A stretch of DNA of 32,000 bases. Source: Candidatus Nanopusillus sp. Its GTDB lineage: Archaea; Nanobdellota; Nanobdellia; Nanobdellales; Nanobdellaceae. The translations under genes and the position numbers were made by a program. Shown piece by piece: positions 25,854 through 32,000 of the stretch; positions within the stretch are counted from its first letter, which is position 1; every line of letters starts with the position of its first letter. Location: assembly GCA_028275885.1 (NCBI GenBank), contig JAPWTW010000005.1, positions 46,565 through 78,564 of the forward strand, given 5' to 3'. The notes under the pieces are model-generated. The model saw only the letters and a program-made list of their open reading frames with translations, had not been told where the DNA came from and did no database searches.

Positions 25854-27347
25854 TTATTCAATATTATAATATTTCAAAACATTCTCTTTATTATAATAAT
25901 ACATTTGTACAATTTTACTAAAAGTTTGAAAATCTGAAATATTTAATTCAGATAACCTATATAATAATTTTACTCTTGTAAGATATTCTTCATATAGTTC
26001 TTTATATTTTATTCCATATTCATTTTCAATTAACCTAAATAAATATTTTTTAGGATTTTCTAAATATTCCCTTTTAAAAGGATTCCATTTATATGCAATA
26101 TTAAATTTATTATATTTTATAATTTCATCAACTTCTTTAATTCTCCTTAGATTTGTCCCAAGGAAATTATCGTGTTGCATTATTACAACAACATTTAATA
26201 ATTCAATTAATGTTTGAGATAAATTTATTGGTGGAGATATTAATCTACTTATTAATGCTCTTGTATTTTCAGCATGCATTGTTGATAAGGAAGAATGACC
26301 AGAAGCCATTCCCTGGAACATTACATATGCTTCTTCCCCTCTTACTTCTCCAACAATTACATAATCTGGTCTTTGTCTGAAAGACATTCTTAATAACTCA
26401 AACATATCAATTTCTCTATTTTTATCAGAAGAATATTTTACTACAGAAGGAATCCAGTTTGGATGATATAATCTTATTTCTCTTGTATCTTCAATTGAAA
26501 CAATCCTAGCATTTGGTGGTATAAACATTGATATTGCATTTAGCATTGTTGTTTTTCCAGAAGCTGTACCCCCAATTATAATTATGTTTTTTCTAAATTC
26601 TACTGCCAACCATAAATATGCAAAAATCTCTGGGATTGCACTTCCTAATCTTATTAATTCTATAGGAGTCCATGGAATTTCCCTAAACTTTCTTATTGTA
26701 AATGTTGGACCATGTGTAGTAATTTCTTGTGAATATGTTGCATTTACTCTTGATCCATCTGGTAATGTTGCATCTAAAATAGGTTCTGCATACGATATAT
26801 GTTTTCCAGCCCTTAATGCAAATTTTTCAATTAAATCTCTAATTTCTTTATCATTTAAAATTATATTTGTCTTTAAATTTCCAAAATATCTATGAACAAC
26901 AAATATTGGATAATTTGGACCAGAACATTCAATATCTTCAATCAATGGATCTCTTAATAAAGAATCTACTTTATTATATCCATAAAGATCTCTAAAAATA
27001 TAATAAAATATTTTTTCATAAGAAGATTGTCCCAATTGTATTCCTAAATCATTTAATACAAAGTCATATAATCTTTGTAAATAATTTATAGCATCATTTA
27101 AATTATTAATTTCAGATAATTTAATATATAATAACTTTTCAATATAAAAAAATACATTTCTATATATTTTTTCTTCATTTTCAGTTAATTTTGGCTCTAT
27201 TATTTCATAAACAAGATCATATTTACTTCTATCAAAATATATATGTGCATATGAAAAGGGCTCTACAATTGGATAAGTTATATTTGTTTCAAATTTATTT
27301 TTAGGTACATTTATCCTTATATCATTAATAAATTTAATGTTTATCAT
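25854..27347 (-). CDS. Type II/IV secretion-family hexameric ATPase (FlaI/PilB/VirB11-like) of a type IV pilus/archaellum-like machine
   Basis: Walker A is IIIGGTASGKTTMLNA. The Asp box is RIVSIEDTREI, Walker B is RQRPDYVIVGEVRGEEA and the His box is GHSSLSTMHA. The N-terminal domain is of FlaI-like length. Confidence 0.85.
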   Translation of the reverse strand: MINIKFINDIRINVPKNKFETNITYPIVEPFSYAHIYFDRSKYDLVYEIIEPKLTENEEKIYRNVFFYIEKLLYIKLSEINNLNDAINYLQRLYDFVLNDLGIQLGQSSYEKIFYYIFRDLYGYNKVDSLLRDPLIEDIECSGPNYPIFVVHRYFGNLKTNIILNDKEIRDLIEKFALRAGKHISYAEPILDATLPDGSRVNATYSQEITTHGPTFTIRKFREIPWTPIELIRLGSAIPEIFAYLWLAVEFRKNIIIIGGTASGKTTMLNAISMFIPPNARIVSIEDTREIRLYHPNWIPSVVKYSSDKNREIDMFELLRMSFRQRPDYVIVGEVRGEEAYVMFQGMASGHSSLSTMHAENTRALISRLISPPINLSQTLIELLNVVVIMQHDNFLGTNLRRIKEVDEIIKYNKFNIAYKWNPFKREYLENPKKYLFRLIENEYGIKYKELYEEYLTRVKLLYRLSELNISDFQTFSKIVQMYYYNKENVLKYYNIE

Positions 27348-27388
27348 GATAAAAATTAATATACTCCAGAATATATAAACTATTCATA

Positions 27389-28768
27389 ATGATTAATAAA
27401 AATATTCTAATAAACTTGGAAAAGAATATAGAAGAAATAGAAAGATATGTTAATAAATTAAAAAATATTGTAAAGGAAATAAATAGAAAAAAAGAAATGA
27501 GAAAAAATTTTTATAAGTTATATTTAGATAGATATTTTGATGAAAAAGAATATAGAAGGAGGATAAAAATAATTGAAAAGAAAATAAAATATCTAGAAAG
27601 ATCAAAATATTTAATATTATATGATTTAATTAATTTAATAAATAATAGCCAAAAAATAGTAGAATTTTTAAAGAATATAGAGGAAAAAAGTGAGGAAGAA
27701 AATAAAAATATTCAATATTATCAAATGAAGATAAATAATACAATGAATTACATTAATCAGGTTTATCCTGAAATATTTAAGAAAGAAGAAATAAAGATTG
27801 GTAAGAGATTTATTGAAGCATCAAATGTACTATTTAGAAAGAGGAAAGAAAAAAAGAAAAAGATAAAAATTAAATTAAAATTAGCTGAAGAATATAGAAT
27901 AAATTATTATGAAGAGATTAAAAATATTTTAATAAGATTTTCATATAAAATATTTGGTGGTTTATCTAGAAGAATTTTAAATAACAGCCCAAAAATATAT
28001 TTCTATTTAAAATATTTATTAAAGGAAACTTATCATAATATAGAACCTGATGAATTATTATCTATTATGCTTTTATTTTTATCAATTATTATTCTTGTTG
28101 CAATCTTTATTTCATTATACTTCTTAAATATTTTCTATCTAATCTATGGTGTATTAATATTTTTATCTACGATAGGATTGGTTGTTTTATATTTTAATTA
28201 TAAAAAACAGAATATAATAGAAGATATAAATAGAAATTTACCATTTGCTATAATACATATGGCTTCATTAGCAGATTCTGGAATAGAAATAAAATATATA
28301 ATAAAAATAATAAGTGAAATTGAAGAATATGGATATTTATCAAAAGAATTTAAAAAAATATATGATAAAATAAGTTTGGGAGAAGGATTAGTAGAATCAT
28401 TAAGATCCGTTGCAGATGATACATTATCAAAAGATCTGAAAGATTTTTTAGAAGAATTAATATTAACAATTACATCTGGTAGAAAAATATCAGAATTTTT
28501 AATATTATATTCACAGCAAGAAATGATTAGGTATAATTCTTTTTTAAAGAAAATTAATCAAGTGATGAAGACATTTTCAGATTTATATGTTGGAATGGTA
28601 TTAACAATTCCAATGATAATAATATCAATTGGAGTAATGTTGTTATCAATATTACAGCAAACATATAATATAAATATTCAGGGAATATTGGAAATAATTA
28701 CATATATAGGATTACCAATTATTAATATTGGCTTTATAATTCTATTTGATAAATTAACAAAAGAATGA
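27389..28768 (+). CDS. Type IV pilus/archaellum platform protein (FlaJ/PilC/TadC-like), first half, with a long N-terminal coiled-coil extension
   Basis: Roughly the first 170 residues are Lys/Glu/Ile-rich heptad-like sequence. Then comes a FlaJ-like N-terminus (IRFSYKIFGGLSRRIL...), then TM helices. One T2SSF-type cytoplasmic domain follows (NLPFAIIHMASLADSGIEIKYIIKIISE...GEGLVESLRSVADDT...) and more TM helices. Confidence 0.7.
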   Translation: MINKNILINLEKNIEEIERYVNKLKNIVKEINRKKEMRKNFYKLYLDRYFDEKEYRRRIKIIEKKIKYLERSKYLILYDLINLINNSQKIVEFLKNIEEKSEEENKNIQYYQMKINNTMNYINQVYPEIFKKEEIKIGKRFIEASNVLFRKRKEKKKKIKIKLKLAEEYRINYYEEIKNILIRFSYKIFGGLSRRILNNSPKIYFYLKYLLKETYHNIEPDELLSIMLLFLSIIILVAIFISLYFLNIFYLIYGVLIFLSTIGLVVLYFNYKKQNIIEDINRNLPFAIIHMASLADSGIEIKYIIKIISEIEEYGYLSKEFKKIYDKISLGEGLVESLRSVADDTLSKDLKDFLEELILTITSGRKISEFLILYSQQEMIRYNSFLKKINQVMKTFSDLYVGMVLTIPMIIISIGVMLLSILQQTYNINIQGILEIITYIGLPIINIGFIILFDKLTKE

Positions 28769-29589
28769 AGGAAGAAATAATTGATATATTTGTTATTATA
28801 ATTTTAATATTTTTATTTTATTTTGTTTTTAATTTTAATATTTTAAATTCAATTGTAACAGGAATAATAGTTGGTATATTTCCTTATTTAATATATCAAA
28901 CAATTATTAATAATATAGAAAAAGAAAAGGAAGAACAATTTATTAGATTTTCAATTGATTTAATTGGATTATTGAAATCTGGATTATCATTACCAATTGC
29001 ATTAAAACAATTGGAAAAAAATGATTATGGAAGAATTAATGAATTGGTAAAAAATTTATCATCAAGAATTGATTGGGGTGTTAGTATTGAAGATTCATTT
29101 ACACAATTTGCGGAAGAGAGTAATAATAGAATGATTAAAAGAACAATACAATCTTTAATAGATATATATAAGGAAGGAGGAAATCTTGAACAGGGTTTAG
29201 AAGCAATTATAAATAGTATAATGGAGATCAAGAGGATAAAAGAAGATAAAAAGGCAGCAATACATGAAAACATAGTTCATTCTTATATTGTATTTGCTTT
29301 TTTCTTAGGCATAGTATTTACTTTTCAAGTATTTTTATTACCTTTCTTACAAATTTCATTACCTGGACAAACATCAAATGTTAACTTTGATTTTATTAAT
29401 AATCTAATGTATTATTTGTCAATAACTCAGGCAGTTTTTGCTGGATTATCAATGGGAAAGATGTATGATGATTCATATAAAGCTGGGGCAAAATATATAG
29501 CAATATTTCTATTTATGGTCATAATATTATTCAATATTATAATTCCAATTGTTCCGAAAGGTATGTTTTTAATAAATATAAATATGTAA
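28765..29589 (+). CDS. Type IV pilus/archaellum platform protein (FlaJ/PilC/TadB-like), second half
   Basis: The layout is TM helices, one T2SSF-type domain (FIRFSIDLIGLLKSGLSLPIALKQLEKNDYG...WGVSIEDSFTQFAEESNNRMIKRTIQSLIDIYKEGGNLEQGL), then TM helices. An ATGA overlap links it to the previous ORF. Confidence 0.7.
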   Translation: MKEEIIDIFVIIILIFLFYFVFNFNILNSIVTGIIVGIFPYLIYQTIINNIEKEKEEQFIRFSIDLIGLLKSGLSLPIALKQLEKNDYGRINELVKNLSSRIDWGVSIEDSFTQFAEESNNRMIKRTIQSLIDIYKEGGNLEQGLEAIINSIMEIKRIKEDKKAAIHENIVHSYIVFAFFLGIVFTFQVFLLPFLQISLPGQTSNVNFDFINNLMYYLSITQAVFAGLSMGKMYDDSYKAGAKYIAIFLFMVIILFNIIIPIVPKGMFLININM

Positions 29590-29591
29590 AA

Positions 29592-30002
29592 TTATTTCTT
29601 TGCTTTCATAAACTTAGAAGATTTAGAAGCACCGATACCTGGTGCAGAATGTTGAACTTTCTTCGTTGTATATACAAATTCTCCCAATCTTCTTCCAATC
29701 ATTTCAGGTTTTATTTCAAATTCAACAAATTCTTTTCCATTATATACTCCAACTTTTGCACCAACAATTGAAGGCAATATAACAATCTCTCTTGCATGTG
29801 TTTTTACTGTTTTATTATATTTCCCTTGTAATTGTAAATAGCATTTTCTATAAAAATTCTCCCATTCTGGTGGAAATCCAACTTTCAACCTCCTTAATAA
29901 TGTTCTCCTTGTCCTACTATCCGCAACCTTTTGAGCAAATTCTTCAATACTCATACTTTTTAATTGATCTAATGTATATCCTCTAATCATAAATTCTGGC
30001 AT
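29592..30002 (-). CDS. rps19: 30S ribosomal protein uS19
   Basis: KTHAREIVILPSIVGAKVGVYNGKEFVEFEIKPEMIGRRLGEFVYTTKKVQHSAPG is the S19/S15e signature. Confidence 0.9.
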   Translation of the reverse strand: MPEFMIRGYTLDQLKSMSIEEFAQKVADSRTRRTLLRRLKVGFPPEWENFYRKCYLQLQGKYNKTVKTHAREIVILPSIVGAKVGVYNGKEFVEFEIKPEMIGRRLGEFVYTTKKVQHSAPGIGASKSSKFMKAKK

Positions 30003-30025
30003 TATATATATTTGATATATAATTT

Positions 30026-30523
30026 TTATAAATAATATTTCGAAAGGTAATCTAGAATATTTCTTATGCCAAAAACATATTTTTCTTTTATAGAAATTAT
30101 TTCATATATAAAATTCAGAATATCTTTATAATCTGTAAATATATAAGGTTCTTTATTTAAATATTTTGATATATAATATTCTGAAATGTTATATGCAATG
30201 TTATAGAAATATTTATTATTCTTTTGGATCAAATATTTATATTTTTCTTCTTTTTTATAGTTGTATAATAGAAAAGATAAAAATACACCTTCTATTGGTA
30301 ATATTAATATTGAGTTTTCCTTTATTTCAATTTCTTCAAGCTTTCTATATATATTTAAATTAATTTTAAATCCCATATTAAATTTTTTATCTATTTTTTT
30401 TATTATATCTAAAACAAAATCTTTTGTATTTGATTCTAATGCAATTATATTTATATTAGAATTTCTTTTGAATTTTTTTGAAATTCTAATCTCCCTTTTT
30501 GTTAATTTTTCATATATATTCAT
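30026..30523 (-). CDS. Hypothetical protein (165 aa) translationally coupled to the archaeosine TGT gene; possibly a degenerate PP-loop-like fold
   Basis: It has a 4-nt overlap with the upstream tgtA. NINIIALESNTKDFVLDIIKKI resembles, weakly, the strand-loop-helix of PP-loop ATPases (..SGG.DS..ll) with the motif degenerated. This is an inference only. Confidence 0.4.
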   Translation of the reverse strand: MNIYEKLTKREIRISKKFKRNSNINIIALESNTKDFVLDIIKKIDKKFNMGFKINLNIYRKLEEIEIKENSILILPIEGVFLSFLLYNYKKEEKYKYLIQKNNKYFYNIAYNISEYYISKYLNKEPYIFTDYKDILNFIYEIISIKEKYVFGIRNILDYLSKYYL

Positions 30524-31728
30524 TTTACATTTTTAAATGAATTAAATGGATATACGTAATCAAATATATCTTCAATATCTTTTTTATCAACTCTTTCATT
30601 TATTCTTTCTAATGCTCTCTTAACATCTACTCTAATTTCATTTAATTCTCCCCCATAAAATATTCCAGATCTCTTCCTTATTGGTTCTAAAGATTTTAAA
30701 TAATTATAATATTTCTCTAAAATTAATCTTGTTGCCTTATATAATGAATAATGAGTATGTGCCTTAATTAATACTAAATCCGTTAAATATTCATTTTTTA
30801 TAGCATCTTTTGCAATTTCAATTTCTTTAATTAAACTATATAAATTATGTTCTGCTAATATTCTTATTAATTCTTCATTATTATAATCTTTTATTTCTTC
30901 TATATGGTATATGTTGTTTTTTGTTTCAATATAAAAGTCTCTTATTTCATCATATCTAAATGTACCATATGGTGTTAATATTCTCTTATCTTTAGCAAAT
31001 AATATATATGAAGCAGAATCAAATATATCAAAACCTAAATATATTGATAATGGAATTATTAATGTATGACCCATCCCAAATAAATGGATAGGTTTATTAA
31101 ATGGTAATAAAATCTTTGGTTCAATTGCTAATTCTAGTAATTTATAAAAATTATATTTTATCATATATGGGACAATTGTACCAATTGCAAATATATCTAC
31201 ATCTAAATTCTTTACATATTCAGCAGCTTTTCTTCTTAGATCAACATATATTCCACCCTGTATTGCTCCATTAATTAATTTATCTCCCTTTAATTTTATT
31301 CCTTCTTTTATTCTTTCAATTGTAATATTTAATTCTTTTTCAGCCTCTTCTTTTGATTTATCAATATCTGTAGGTATATCTAAAACATTTAGTATATCAG
31401 AGTTTATTTTTATTTGATATTTAATAATTTCTATATTTGTTATTTCTAAATCTTTTTTATAATGCAACATTTGATATGATCCAGAATCAGTTTCAATAAT
31501 TCCATCAAAATTTAAGAATTTATGTATATCACCATCGAATTTTTTTCTATATAAAATATATGCATTTGTAATTATTGCATTAATTCTATATTTTTTTATT
31601 ATATCTATTGGTAAAATATTTTTATATGGATTTATAACTGGCAAAAGTAGAGGAGTTTCTAATTTTTTATTTTTATATTTGATAATTCCTATTCTTCCAG
31701 CTCCATCTCTATGTTTTATTTCAAACAT
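30520..31728 (-). CDS. tgtA: Archaeosine tRNA-guanine transglycosylase, catalytic TIM-barrel domain only (402 aa)
   Basis: MFEIKHRDGAGRIGIIKYKNKKLETPLLLPVINP, ETDSGSYQ, FGMGHT, FDSASYILFAKDKRILTPYG and AEHNLY match ArcTGT core motifs. The C-terminal C1/C2/PUA region is absent and the protein contains no cysteine. Confidence 0.85.
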   Translation of the reverse strand: MFEIKHRDGAGRIGIIKYKNKKLETPLLLPVINPYKNILPIDIIKKYRINAIITNAYILYRKKFDGDIHKFLNFDGIIETDSGSYQMLHYKKDLEITNIEIIKYQIKINSDILNVLDIPTDIDKSKEEAEKELNITIERIKEGIKLKGDKLINGAIQGGIYVDLRRKAAEYVKNLDVDIFAIGTIVPYMIKYNFYKLLELAIEPKILLPFNKPIHLFGMGHTLIIPLSIYLGFDIFDSASYILFAKDKRILTPYGTFRYDEIRDFYIETKNNIYHIEEIKDYNNEELIRILAEHNLYSLIKEIEIAKDAIKNEYLTDLVLIKAHTHYSLYKATRLILEKYYNYLKSLEPIRKRSGIFYGGELNEIRVDVKRALERINERVDKKDIEDIFDYVYPFNSFKNVK

Positions 31729-31771
31729 TATTTTATAATATAAGAAAACTTTATTTGGGGATTGCAGCGGA

Positions 31772-32000
<229 letters not shown>

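Overview
Very AT-rich, extremely compact archaeal DNA. Structural RNAs stand out as GC-rich islands, the signature of a thermophile with a reduced genome; the gene content and 16S peculiarities look Nanoarchaeota/DPANN-like, which is an inference. I support about 36 protein genes. Many adjacent genes overlap by 4-23 nt, including convergent stop-to-stop overlaps. RNA genes are three intact tRNAs (Ala-UGC, Leu-CAA, Glu-CUC), a stand-alone 23S rRNA with a long flanking processing stem, the 3' end of a 16S rRNA on the opposite strand, and a 231-nt RNA I call a compact RNase P RNA. Protein genes include: class II ribonucleotide reductase interrupted by a LAGLIDADG intein at the NPC/GE active-site motif; HisRS; ProRS with an ~80-aa insertion; and ribosomal proteins in scrambled mini-clusters (uL22-uS3; uL15-eL19; eL37-uS5-uL30-uL16; isolated uS19). 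Further genes are a NOG1-type GTPase, a MoxR-VWA pair, a MinD-like ATPase operon, a Dpm1-like glycosyltransferase, and a cysteine-free archaeosine TGT with only the catalytic domain. The most system-like content is a type IV pilus/archaellum-like assembly module. It has a FlaI/PilB-type ATPase divergent from a platform protein split into two one-domain ORFs, the first carrying a long coiled-coil extension. About 17 kb away sits a tandem trio of small proteins with pilin-like N-termini. Other notable items: only an N-terminal fragment of Dph2 is present, a 1-kb ORF-free gap with broken frames lies next to tRNA-Glu, and the 16S 3' end is non-canonical. No CRISPR array, transposase or integrase was seen.
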